A DNA stretch of 64,000 bases. Origin: Ylistrum balloti. Lineage: Eukaryota. Location of the stretch: positions 124,001-188,000 of the forward strand of contig NW_026782617.1 of NCBI RefSeq assembly GCF_031769215.1, given 5' to 3'. Below, piece by piece: positions 34,683 through 47,728 of this stretch. A program made the translations under genes and the position numbers. Below the pieces are notes generated by a model, which saw only the letters and a list, made by a program, of their open reading frames with translations, was not told where the DNA came from and ran no database searches. Each line of letters begins with the position of its first letter. Positions within the stretch are counted from its first letter, which is position 1.

Positions 34683-36071
34683 TACAGGGGTCAACTGGGA
34701 AAATAGGGAAAATCCGTCAGAAATCCTTCTTCGTTTACAGGAATGTCAGGTTGTTTTCTTTATTTAGCCTGAAAAATCTTTGGCTGAAAAATCTTCTGCT
34801 GAAGATGTCTTGGATTTTTATAGACATTTGGTCCCAGTCCTTAGGGGAAGGAGAGCTGGAGCCCAATAGGGAAAATTGAAATAATTCTTAAAAAATTCTT
34901 CTTCTTGACTGCAGGATGCCAGGATTCTGTAACAAACATATGTAAGGAAACTTTATGTTGATATTATTGTTTAGGGTAATTTTTTACCTTATTTAGAAGG
35001 GGTTGGAGGGGCATGGCAGAGGAGAAAGTAAAGTAAAGCATTACACTATTTTCTCCTTAATTCATTTTTTTTCACCAAAATGTTTTCCCATTCACTCTGA
35101 TTCATTCATAAACACAAATAACAAAAAGTATGTCTGGGGTGGGGAAATTAAGGGTGGGGCAGGAGGTTTGGTTTTGGTTTCACTACACTATGGCCATGGT
35201 AAAGTGAAATATTACCCTTTTTTATGTGTTTATATGAATATATGATTATACCATTATTGTATTTTGACCCCAATTCATTTTCTCGTGCTTCACAATACTA
35301 TGCTACACCGGTATGTGTCCATTATGAATGCAAATAACTGGTTAGAGGATTTTCTTGAACAGCCATGGTCCAGAAGTGAGAGTTACCAAGATGATCTGCA
35401 GCCATTAAAAGCTCTTGGCGAGCCAAGTTGAAATCAGAAGAGTTTAAATTTATGCCATATTATGTTGTTATGTCCTTTATCATAGAGTGTGGTTAAATAT
35501 ACACAGGTGATGTCTGTAATATTATCAAGAGAAGCCTGCACCCTCTCTATTTATAAACTTTTCTTAAAATAAAGTGAGATATGTTGGAGATCTTGAATGT
35601 AATCTTTGGCTTACTCCTACGTCTAGCAATTATAGTGGCTGTCAATCCCTTACATACAGGGTGTAGAGAAACAATCTATTTAACATAGAGGTTAGGGAAG
35701 TGCATACAATATTGTATATAACTCATATTAACCAGTGTTTCCATTCAATCTATAAATTATATGTTATATTTTAATAGGTTTTTCTTTTAAAGATATACCA
35801 CCAATGCTTTGTATAAATTATTAACTGGTATCATTATCATAGATGTTTGAAATATTTTTTCATTACCCTTAGTATATCTTGAGGGAAAGGTTTTATCTTT
35901 TATAGACCTATATAGATCAATTGATATATATCTTCAGAAACAATTGACTATGCTGTGATCAAAATATGTTACAGATATCTCACTATCATATATATATCTT
36001 CCATATCATACAAATATCTCATAGATATCAAATCGGTATCTGTAACATCATTTCAATAATCTGCATCATTA

Positions 36072-36744
36072 TACAAGTCTAGGGCTGATTGATAAGCTGT
36101 GAGCCTCATATTTAAGGGTGTGACTTTTGGTCGATATATTGCATTATTTTTCAACATAATCCCCTTCAGTATCTGTACACTTCTGCCAGAGATGTTTAAT
36201 GCCCTTAGTGCCCCTTTAAAGAAGTCCTTTTCTTGACTGTTTAGAAAGTCCTCCGCTTCTTGTATGAAATCATCATCTGACCAGAAGTGGGTGGCTGGAA
36301 ATGGCCTTTTTTCCATTTTGGAAATAGATGAAAGTCTGATGGAGCAATGTCAGGTGAATAAAGCAGATGTTCAATCAATCCAAAGTCAACCATAATAATA
36401 TAAGGGACTTTATTGACCGTTTCTGGGATTGCAACAGGCCTTCCGAGACCGGCAGCATCCCAAAGGCTCTGCCTACTATTCTTAAATCCCGCCAACCACC
36501 TTTTCATTGTAGCATATTGAGTATGGATATCCTTAGGTGCTAGACTTTTCTTTTTTGTAAATTTTGTAAAAGTCACTTGACTTGTTAACTTTAGAGTGCT
36601 AGTTCTTCGACATGAACTGACCAAATGACAACAGTCTTAGGGTACACAGCCTTAAATAGTCAGGAAATATTATAGAGCTGAAAAAGGACATCCTTGCTTC
36701 AATTCTTCAATACAAAGCTAACAACTAATCGATCGGACCTTGTA
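36072..36744 (-). mobile_element. Internally deleted mariner (DD34D) transposon relic with TIRs
   Basis: Minus strand MKRWLAGFKNSRQSLWDAAGLGRP (HTH region) joined directly to FGLIEHLLYSPDIAPSDFHLFP...FWSDDDFIQEAEDFLNSQEKDFF...WQKCTDTEGDYVEK*; imperfect TIRs AGGGCTGATTGATAAGCTGTGAGC (~36081) and GCTAACAACTAATCGATCGGACCTTGTA (ends 36744). Confidence 0.88.
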
Positions 36745-36754
36745 TTGTCAGCAT

Positions 36755-37290
36755 CATAGAGACATCTCCAATATCATACAGATATTGCCAATGTCATAAA
36801 GATATTGTCAATGTCATACAAATATTGCCAATGTCATAAAGATATTGTCAATGTCATGCAGATATCACCAATGTCATAAAGCTATTGTCAATGGCATACA
36901 GATATCTCCAATGTCATACAGATATTGCCAATGTCATAAAGATATCACCAATGTCATAACGATGTTGTCAATGTCATACAGATATCACCAATGTATTACA
37001 GATATCACCAATGCCATACAGATATCACCAATGTCATACAGATATCACCAATGTCATACAGATATCACCAATGTCATACAGATATGAATATCATACATGT
37101 ATTGTAGATTTCTTTGAGATATCACCAATATCTTTAGAATATTTTTTGTCAATGCCATACATGTACTATATTGTCAATGTCATGCAGATATCTCTCACAG
37201 CATACTAATAGTTTCATTGTGGTACAGATATTACCAATATCATACAGATATTTTCTATATCATTGAGATGTCTCCACTCTCACACAGATA
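36755..37290. repeat. 20-bp minisatellite, degenerate at edges
   Basis: AGATATCACCAATGTCATAC, period 20 at 37021-37080. Confidence 0.92.
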
Positions 37291-37909
37291 TCTAAAATGA
37301 GATGGAGACATCTGCAGACAAGATTATTTCATTTATACAAAGTTTTACCAATATGTTAGTTATCACTGTATATAAAGCTGTGTGCCAGCTCTTCTAATAG
37401 TAAGCTATTCCCTAGAGAAAGATCTTAACTATTGTGTTACAAACGATCACTTTATCGAGATGTTAAATGAAATTGCAGTGTGGACAGATGTTTGCTCTAG
37501 CTCTGATTATAATACAGGATTAATGTATGTTTAATCATACTTTGACACAGTTCACAAATTTATTTGGAATATTTATAAGCCTGCAAAGTTTCTGTTCAAA
37601 CTATAAAAAGACAAAGATTTAAATGTTCTGTCGTGTGGAAATAGTTCTGAAAAAATTAACTGTAACAGTGAAATTGTACTAATGTTAGATAGAGTTGTGC
37701 CCCTTGGTATACAGAAAATATTTCATCATGTCTGTGTATATCTGTCTCTCCTGTGAAGCCGTAAGTAATTATACTGTATTATCATCTTTAGAGTGTATTA
37801 AAAAATCTTCGAAATTTTCATTTATTATTTAGGAAATACATATTGGAGACCATTTTATTAATTGATATAAGGAAGATGATATATACTATACATTGTGTAT
37901 ATAGATTTA

Positions 37910-40900
37910 ACATTACATCAAGCTGACCAGGACCTGTACGATGTGTCTATATAGATTTAGTATTACATCAAGCTGACCAGGACCGTTACATCAAGCTGAC
38001 CAGGACCTGTATGATGTGTCTATATAGATTTAGCATTACTTCAAGCTGACCAGGACCTGTATGATGTGTCTATATAGATTTAGTATTACATCAAGCTGAC
38101 CAGGACCTGTACGATGTGTCTGTATAGATTTAGTATTAGGTCAAGCTGACCAGGACCTGTATGATGTGTCTATATAGTGTTATTATTACATCAAGCTGAC
38201 CAGGACCTGTATGATGTGTCTATATAGTGTTATTATTACATCAAGCTGACCAGGACCTGTACGATGTGTCTATAAAGATTTAGTATTTCATCAAGCTGAC
38301 CAGGACTGTTACATCAAGCTGACCAGGACCGTTACATCAAGCAGACTAGGACTGTTACATCAAGCTAAACAGGGCAGTTGATGTATCTATATAGACTGAT
38401 AGTATTACATCAAGCTGACCAGGACCGTTACATCAAGCAGACTAGGACTGTTACATCAAGCTAACCAGAGCAGTTGATGTATCTATATGGACTGATAGTA
38501 TTACATCAAGCTGACCAGGACCGTTACATCAAGCTGACCAGGACTGTTACATCACGCTGACCAGGACCGTTACATCAAGCTGACCAGGACCGTTACATCA
38601 AGCTGACAAGGACTGTTACATCAAGCTAACCAGGGCAGTTGATGTATCTATATGGACTGATAGTATTACATCAAGCTGACCAGGATGGTTACATCAAGCT
38701 AACCAGGGCAGTTGATACCTAATCGCTGATAGTATTACACCAAGCTGACCAGGACTGTTACATCAAGCTAGCCAGGATCGTTACATCAAGCTGACAAGGA
38801 CTGTTACATCAAGCTAACCAGGATCGTTACATCACGCTGACCAGGACCGTTACATCAAGCTGACCAGGACCGTTACATCAAGCTGACAAGGACTGTTACA
38901 TCAAGCTAACCAGGGCAGTTGATGTATCTATATGGACTGATAGTACAATTACATTACATCACGCTGACAAGGACTGTTACAACAAGCTGACCAGGACCGT
39001 TACAACAAGCTGACCAGGACCGTTACATCAAGCTGACCAGGACCGTTACATCAAGCTAACCAGGGCAGTTGATGTATCTATATGGACTGATAGTATTACA
39101 TCAAGCTGACCAGGACCGTTACATCAAGCTGACCAGGACTGTTACAACAAGCTGACCAGGACCGTTACATCAAGCAGACTAGGACTGTTAAATCACGCTG
39201 ACCAGAACCGTTACATCAAGCTGACCATGACCGTTACATTACGCTGACCAGGACCGTTACGTCACGCTGACCAGGACCTGTATGATGTGTCTATATAGAT
39301 TTAGCATTACTTCAAGCTGACCAGGACCTGTATGATGTGTCTATATAGATTTAGTATTACATCAAGCTGACCAGGACCTGTATGATGTGTCTATATAGTG
39401 TTATTATTACATCAAGCTGACCAGGACCTGTATGATGTGTCTATATAGTGTTATTATTACATCAAGCTGACCAGGACCTGTACGATGTGTCTATAAAGAT
39501 TTAGTATTTCATCAAGCTGACCAGGACTGTTACATCAAGCTGACCAGGATCGTTACATCAAGCTATCCAGGACCGTTACATCAAGCTGACCAGGGCAGTT
39601 GATGTATCTATATGGACTGATAGTATTACATCAAGCTGACCAGGACCGTTACATCAAGCAGACTAGGACTGTTACATCAAGCTAAACAGGGCAGTTGATG
39701 TATCTATATAGACTGATAGTATTACATCAAGCTGACCAGGACCGTTACATCAAGCAGACTAGGACTGTTACATCAAGCTAACCAGGGCAGTTGATGTATC
39801 TATATAGACTGATAGTATTACATCAAGCTGACCAGGACCGTTACATCAAGCAGACTAGGACTGTTACATCAAGCTAACCAGAGCAGTTGATGTATCTATA
39901 TGGACTGATAGTATTACATCAAGCTGACCAGGACCGTTACATCAAGCTGACAAGGACTGTTACATCAAGCTGACCAGGACCGTTACATCAAGCTGACAAG
40001 GACTGTTACATCAAGCTAACCAGGGCAGTTGATGTATCTATATGGACTGATAGTATTACATCAAGCTGACCAGGACCGTTACATCAAGCTAACCAGGGCA
40101 GTTGATGTACCTATATCGACTGATAGTATTACACCAAGCTGACCAGGACTGTTACATCAAGCTAGCCAGGATCGTTACATCAAGCTGACAAGGACTGTTA
40201 CATCAAGCTAACCAGGATCGTTACATCACGCTGACCAGGACCGTTACATCAAGCTGACCAGGACCGTTACATCAAGCTGACAAGGACTGTTACATCAAGC
40301 TAACCAGGGCAGTTGATGTATCTATATGGACTGATAGTATTACATCAAGCTGACCAGGACCGTTACATCAAGCTGACCAGGAACATTACATCACGCTGAC
40401 CAGGACCGTTACATCAAGCTGACCAGGACCGTTACATCAAGCTGACAAGGACTGTTACATCAAGCTAACCAGGGCAGTTGATGTATCTATATGGACTGAT
40501 AGTATTACATCAAGCTGACCAGGACCGTTACATCAAGCTGACCAGGACTGTTACAACAAGCTGACCAGGACCGTTACATCAAGCAGACTAGGACTGTTAA
40601 ATCACGCTGACCAGTACCGTTACATCAAGCTGACCATGACCGTTACATTACGCTGACCAGGACCGTTACGTCAAGCTGACCAGGACCGTTACGTCAAGCT
40701 GACCAGGACCGTTACATCAAGCTGACCAGGACCGTTACATCATGCTAACTAGGTCAGTTGATGTATCTGTATCGACTGTTAGTATTACATCAAGCTGACC
40801 AGGATGGTTACATCAAGCTAACCAGGGCAGTTGATGTACCTATATCGACTGATAGTATTACATCAAGCTGACCAGGACTGTTACATCAAGCTAGCCAGGA

Positions 40901-41010
40901 CTGTTACATCAAGCTGACCAGGACTGTTGCACCAGGCTGACCAGGACTGTTACATCAAGCTGACCAGGTTGGGTAATGTACCTATATGGACTGATAGTTT
41001 TACATTAAGC
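37910..41010. repeat. Composite satellite (~3.1 kb): 23-bp core unit with two related ~30-bp insert types
   Basis: TTACATCAAGCTGACCAGGACCG repeated, interrupted by CTGTATGATGTGTCTATATAGATTTAGTA or GCAGTTGATGTATCTATATGGACTGATAGTA; ~1.27 kb internal duplication (38031 vs 39302). Confidence 0.96.
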
Positions 41011-41120
41011 TGACAAATCAACACATTAGATTATAAAGATAACTTGTGGATTGGTGAACCTGACCTAATACTTCCCTACTAACGTTGTACTTAAACCTCA
41101 CATATTATCATTACAAATAG

Positions 41121-41263
41121 TGCATCCATGGATATTCGCCCTCCTCGAATACAGAAAGATTCACCCCTTATGGCTCGGGGGCACATTGGAGAGTCAGTGT
41201 CTCAAAATACTAGGTCTCCGTGGAAGCTCGGAGACTCCCCTGGAAAGAGAAGTCCGAAGGAGG
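41121..41263 (+). CDS. Internal coding exon (phase 2-1) of an unidentified Ser/Pro-rich protein
   Basis: ttacaaatag|...|gtatga; GC-richer than flanks; ASMDIRPPRIQKDSPLMARGHIGESVSQNTRSPWKLGDSPGKRSPKEG. Confidence 0.8.
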
Positions 41264-43176
41264 GTATGAAGGCTTTTGGGAGTCTGATCAACGTTGTATG
41301 TATATATATTATGTGTGAGATCTGTACATTGTAAATCATAAACTTTGTATGGAAAATCATGTGTTACAACCATTTAAAAGGGGTTGTTTTTTCGTAAATT
41401 TACACTATTAAGTTTTGATATAGTGTTTGCAGAGTGGCGAAACATCTGTTTACCCACAGATAGTGTATCTCTACTGTTAGGCTAAACCAAATTTATATCT
41501 GTTAATATCCCTATGACAAAAATGAACAAAAGAAACTACACACTGGAAGGGAAAACTACAAAGTCACTCTTTCATTTTATTGATCTGGCCTCCATTTTCT
41601 CCAAATATGACTGCTGTCAGTAAAAGAAGATTTAAATCAAACACATACTCCCATCTACGATCACCACTGATGTAATATGTACAACACTTATTTACCACAG
41701 GGACATGACTGAAGTGGGATGAGACATACATCTCTATTGTTTATCATCCTGACAAGACTATTACACGTGTACAGGGCTGTCCCCTTTAGACTTGCTACCC
41801 TTATATAGCTTTCATAGTCCATGGTTGTGCAAACCTTGATCAGAGTCTCATTATGGTCGAGTTATATATGAATGTGCAAGGCATCTTTAAGAACAATGTG
41901 TTAAAATTACTTTCCTAAATGGCTGAATTTAATATTTTGATAGAAATGTATAATTTGAATGTAAGATTTTGATAAAATGATATATACCCAGGTATACAAT
42001 GCATCTGTGAATGAGGTAAAATGCCATAGATATTACTGTATTAAAGAAACAGAATGTCATTGCAGCTTAAAGCTTCATTCCTTCTCTGTGGGTACAATTT
42101 CCAACCATCTTTCCTTAGTTCAGTAACCTAAACGTTTTCAGTGTTTGACTTAGGCGACGCATCACCATAGCCTTTTGCCCATTGTTGTGCATCATCCATT
42201 AACTTTTCACATTTTCAGCTTCTTCTTCTCAAGAGTGGCTGTGCCAATTTTAATCATTAGATTCAAAACTTAAGGGACATCAGAATTTCAAAAGTTGTGG
42301 TTCCTCACAGCGTAAGGCTCATAGGTTGAGGCCTAAATGAAAAAGGCGAACACTTTAAAAGAGTCTTTTTCTCTACTTGGTGACAAACCTGAAAGAAGCA
42401 TTTGATATATAAATATATTAAGATGAAAGATGCCGGCTGCTGGTTTGATACAGAAACTTATAGCTCAGCGTTTCAAGAGGTGCAGTTTGATGAAAGACTT
42501 CAAGTTTCATATTCACCATCATGATCTCCTATGAACTTGTGTGATATGATATGTACACTGTATGCCTTGTGCAGGCTTTACTTGCTGCAAGATTTGCTGT
42601 CATTTGAGAATATGTCATTAACTGCTTTGATTGGCCAAGATTTACACAATACTTCTGTACAGTCTTTATTTTAATGTGTGTGGTTTTTTTTTTATCATTG
42701 TCAGAGGAAACTCGTTATATATAGTGACATTTGGAGTGTACATCATGTGCTTAGATTGAAAGAGAAGTCACTATTAGTTACTGAGAAATGGAAGTTTTGT
42801 TGTTAAAGCTAGATCATGTCAAATTGCTGATTTCCTGTTTCCTGGTAAAGATATCAGTAGTACGAGAGTATGTTGGTTACAGTTGACCGGGTGAAAAATT
42901 AGGTGTATTTTATATCGATTTTACTGCAGTATGATGCTTCTGGGTATACTTCTAGGTAGAGGTGTTTAAAAGAATGAAAGTCAGCTTCACCAGTCACAGC
43001 AGAAAGGTTTCCTGGTGTTGAAATGGAAGATGAAAAATACAAATCTTAAAGATGAAGCATTGTTGATATTTTGATTTTTATTTGGTCATTTATAATATTG
43101 CTGAAATTTTACGTAAAATATTTACAGATCTGGTTTATGTTGATAGGTATACAGTAACTGACCAAATTTTGTTTAG

Positions 43177-43242
43177 GCAGTACTGACTACCACACAGATT
43201 TCACGACCCTAACCTATAGGACAGTGGTAGAGAATCAAGCTG
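43177..43242 (+). CDS. Tentative small exon (phase 1-1)
   Basis: ttttgtttag|...|gtaggt; only one frame open: (G)STDYHTDFTTLTYRTVVENQA. Confidence 0.3.
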
Positions 43243-43599
43243 GTAGGTTGCTAAGTATTGTTACTATGACGTCTGATAACTAGACCACATACCTGGAATA
43301 ATAGACAGGGAACACACCTATAGCTGGAGGATCAAGGGGTGTAAAGTGTAATCTGTCCCAGACAATTTGATAATACCAGACTTTATCAACCGTCTGTTCT
43401 AGACTTATTGAACAGAAAATTGTTTATAAAGCTTGTTTGTTAATCAGTATTTAAGATTTTAACAGGTTTGCTTGAAAGTCCAGCTTAGTTTTATTGCAAT
43501 TGTGGGTTTATAAATGTGATTTCCAGGTTGTAAAATGTGCAGTCTTACTAAGGAAAGTTGATAGTTACAGAAATTTTATCAAAATCACTCTCCATCCTC

Positions 43600-44040
43600 T
43601 TGTCTGTTTGAATTATGTCTGTCCATATGTCTTTTAAACCAATATCTGCTCATCTGTCTGTAAGAATCAGTGTCCATGTTCATATGTCTGTCCATCTGTT
43701 TGTTAAAATAAGTGCCTGTCTGTCAATTTGTTCAAATCAGTATCTGACTATTCATTTCATAAAATCAGTGTCTGTCCATATGTCTATTCAAATCTTATAA
43801 ATCCACCTGCATAATAAAATCAGTGTCTGTCCATCTGTCTGTAAAAACCAGTATCTGTTCATCTGTGTGATGAAATCAGTGTCTATCTGTCTTGTCTGTT
43901 AAAACCAGTAACTGTCCATCTGTATAATGAAACCAGTGTCTGTCCATCTGTCTGTTAAAACCAGTATCTGTCCATCTGTATAATGAAACCAGTGTCTGTC
44001 CATCTGTCTGTTAAAACCAGTATCTGTCCATCTGTATAAT
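43600..44040. repeat. GTCT/GTCC-rich degenerate repeat ending in 56-bp units
   Basis: TGTATAATGAAACCAGTGTCTGTCCATCTGTCTGTTAAAACCAGTATCTGTCCATC, period 56 (43921, 43977). Confidence 0.85.
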
Positions 44041-44056
44041 AAATATAAATATCAAG

Positions 44057-44385
44057 GATGATCTTAGCAGAAAGAGTCAAGGGTCATCTTAGTAGAAATG
44101 TCCAAGGGTGATATTGGCAGAAAGGGTCAAGGGTGATCTTAGCAGAAAGAGTCAAGGGTCATCTTAGTAGAAATGTCCAAGGGTGATCTTAGCAGAAAGA
44201 GTCTAGGGTGATCTTAGCAGAAAGAGTCCAGGGTGATCTTAGCAGAAAGAGTCAAGGGTGATCTTAGATGAATGGACATGGTCACCAGACTATGATTATT
44301 ATGAATGGTGGTAAACAAACAGATCATGAATGTAGTTAAGACTTTATTTGACTTAGCAGAAAGAGTCAAGGGTCATCTTAGCAGG
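44057..44385. repeat. 25-bp minisatellite (~8 copies plus a detached copy)
   Basis: GATCTTAGCAGAAAGAGTCAAGGGT. Confidence 0.9.
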
Positions 44386-44424
44386 GGGGGGGGGGGGGTG
44401 GTAAACAAACAGTGGCCATTACCT

Positions 44425-44580
44425 GTCCAATGTCTGTTCAATGTCTGTTCATTATCTAATGTCTGTTCAATGTCTGTCCATTATCTAATGTCTGTTCACT
44501 ATTTAATGTCTGTCCAATGTCTGTTCATCATCTAATATCTGTTCAATGTCTGTCTACTGGCTGTACAATGTCTGTCCAGT
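44425..44580. repeat. 11-bp-based degenerate repeat
   Basis: AATGTCTGTTC/AATGTCTGTCC recurring. Confidence 0.8.
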
Positions 44581-45657
44581 TAATTAAGCTCACCCTGTAT
44601 TTCAAAACTGTTTGAGAGTAAGTTAGATTGAAATGTTCTGATAGAATTTACACAATTCATCAACATTTGATAATTCATTAACTCTCACTTTATCATTATC
44701 GGTAACATATACTTTTGTAAAAGAAAAAAAATCACAGGTAGTATATACTGTATAGGTATGTATATTGGGAGTAATCTTATTTAAATGCTATGTTGAAATA
44801 CCAATTAACAATGCATTAAGTTTCAGAATAGTAACATCTGTTTTCAAATTTTTACATTACAAAAGAAAAATATATATACATATGTACATTTAGATTTACG
44901 AGATCAATAGCAATTCAGTTTCAAATATCATGCAAGCTTGACAGGTAAATGAAACTGGAAAGTCATAAAGCTAACCAACATCCTAACTTCAAACTACAGT
45001 CATTTGCAGAGAAGCATTCTCAGCATGATACCTTACATGTCAAATTTCATCCACATGTTTGATGTTATTTCTGGTAGACAAACAGATATCTGTTCACCAT
45101 AATTGAAGAAACGTTAATTGTTAACTAATGTAGCTGAAAAAGAAATGTTTGAGTGGTAAATTGACTATTGATTGGATGAAATAAGATATGATATGAGAAG
45201 TATAGAATTATCTAAAGTTAAGCTGTGACAGTGCTTCCCTACAGCAGGCATGTTGTTGTCACATGTTGTAGTACTGATGGCCAGCATACAGATAAAGAAT
45301 TCAACAACATCACAATTTCTCATTAACATACAATGAATTTTCATGACAATCCATTTTGGAGCATCTGGGTACTGTGTAAGGGAACACTAGGGGCATGCTG
45401 TTCAATTGTATAGGAAATTTTGTAATTAATCAATAATGTTGTAAATTGTGCCTGTTTTTAACTTGTTTTCCAATGTTAACTTCTCATAGTGGATATTCAT
45501 TTATCGAGAAAATTGAATGAGACGACATAAGATACAGAATTGAATATTTGAAAATTTGAAATTTCCCGTTTGAGCCCCCGAATGTATTGCATCTGATCTG
45601 TATACTGGAGTCCTGCATAGTACTTGATTACATTTATTTATTCTTTAACATTTCCAG

Positions 45658-45855
45658 CCAAACCGGACAGTATATACTCCTAAACATACAGGGATGTCAC
45701 CCACTGCGACACCTAGCTCCCAAGCCTACCCTCCCACAAACACACCCGGTATGTGGCAACAAAGCTCTACCCCGTATGGACGACCCAATACTCTACGATA
45801 CAACCAGCCAAACCCTGCTGCATATGGTAGCTACTCGACCCAACAACAGACAACC
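45658..45855 (+). CDS. Internal coding exon (phase 0-0; alternative phase-1 acceptor at 45692) of the same Ser/Thr/Pro/Gln-rich protein
   Basis: Strong pyrimidine tract ttctttaacatttccag, donor ACC|gtgagt; PNRTVYTPKHTGMSPTATPSSQAYPPTNTPGMWQQSSTPYGRPNTLRYNQPNPAAYGSYSTQQQTT. Confidence 0.8.
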
Positions 45856-46330
45856 GTGAGTACAACCATTAATTTTGTGGTGGAGGACATTCATTCTAGA
45901 GACTACATTTATCTGACTATAAGCCCATGTCTTGCAATAAGCCCATCCATGCTATCAATAAGCAAAACTATATTGCTATAGTCATGTATGAATGATGTTT
46001 CGACTTTGATAAAACCACCCCTGAGTTTGAATAAAAAGTAGCGTGTCGACATCCTGTCTCTTTGCAGGAAAAGTAGAGTATAACTGTATACTCTATAAAC
46101 ATTGCAGAGTATTTGTTTGAGGACAAGCTTAAATGTAATATACATGTATAATCAATTATTGCTTGTTGAACACCTGATTTCTTCAGAGATATCTATGAAG
46201 AAGGTTCATACCAACTGAAATAAGGGTCTGAATTTTAAAATTCTTTAAAGACCCAAAATATACAACTTTCACTTAAAAATCAAAAAGTAAAATAATCGAA
46301 AATAGATATGTCAAAAATGAGCTTATCAAA

Positions 46331-46510
46331 GGAATACTGAAGACAGCATCTTCAATCAATATTTCTATATTAACTGGAATACTGAAGACAGCATCTTCAA
46401 TCAATATTTCTATATTAACTGGAATACTGAAGACAGCATCTTCAATCAATATTTCTATATTAACTGGAATACTGAAGACAGCATCTTCAATCGATATTTC
46501 TATATCAACC
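46331..46510. repeat. 45-bp minisatellite, ~4 copies
   Basis: GGAATACTGAAGACAGCATCTTCAATCAATATTTCTATATTAACT at 46331, 46376, 46421, 46466. Confidence 0.95.
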
Positions 46511-47099
46511 GTTGAAAATCACTTTTTGTAAACATGCCTCCATTTTTCGTCATTGCCAAACCAAAGTCAGAAAATCTTTCAGAGTTTATGCAAGTGCTTG
46601 GTATTTACTGTAAACATGTATATGTCCTTTACTCAGACTACACAGAAATCCTCCCAATAACTGCCCTCTATTTACTTAATACTTTATAATAAATAACAAA
46701 TTCCTTATATACAATTAGCTGCTCAGCCTCAAGAAACAAAATGAGTCTGCATTTAATGCAAAATTTTTTTTAACTCATATATACATACAACCCACACATG
46801 ACAGATTAAAGAGATACTCATCCGCTGAAAGACGGAAAGGTCGTAATATTGGACGTAAAACCTGTTTTAAAAAAAAAAAGCATGACAGACTCCTCATATC
46901 AGTTAGTGTCTATCTATATAAAGCAAGCATACTACCTTGAACACCCATTTGAGGGTGACATTAGGGGCACCAGTCCAATGCTTCTTGCTGGGATTTCTAA
47001 CCATCGAGTATATCAGGAAATTGCTATCATTTACATTTCTGTACATAAAATTATGTTTAATTTAAATGTTTTGTCCGTTCGTGAGCTGACCAAAAGCTT

Positions 47100-47728
47100 G
47101 AATGCCTTACATCCTAACCCTACCATGTTACACATTTCTGAAACAAAAGCTAGAATGCCTTACATTCTAACCCTATCGTGTTATACTTTTCTGAAACAAA
47201 AGCTAGAATGCCTTACATTCTAACCCTACCATGTCATACATTTCTGAAACAAAAGCAAGAGTGCCTTACATTCTAACCCTACCTTGTTATACTTTTCTGA
47301 AACAAAAGCTAGAATGCCTTACATACTAACCCTACCATGTCATACATTTCTGAAACAAAAGCTAGAATGCCTTACGTTCTAACCCTATCTTGTCATACAT
47401 TTTTGAAACAAAAGCTAGAATGCCTTACATTCTAACCCTACCATGTTACACTTTTCTCAAACAAAAGCAAGAATGCCTGACATTCTAACCCTACCTTGTT
47501 ATACTTTTCTGAAACAAAAGCTAGAATGCCTTACATTCTAACCCTACCATGTCATACATTTTTGAAACAAAAGCTAGATTGCCTGACATTCTAACCCTAC
47601 CATGTTACACTTTTCTCAAACAAAAGCTAGAATGCCTTACATTCTAACCCTACCAAGTCATACTTTTCTGAAACAAAAGCTAGAATGCCTGACATTCTAA
47701 CCCTACCATGTCACACTTTTCTGAAACA
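47100..47728. repeat. 53-bp minisatellite, ~12 copies
   Basis: CATTCTAACCCTACCATGTTATACTTTTCTGAAACAAAAGCTAGAATGCCTTA, period 53. Confidence 0.95.

Noticed and set aside
37910-41010. CRISPR array
   Set aside because: Eukaryotic context, no cas genes, spacers are repeated and homologous to one another, spacing irregular.
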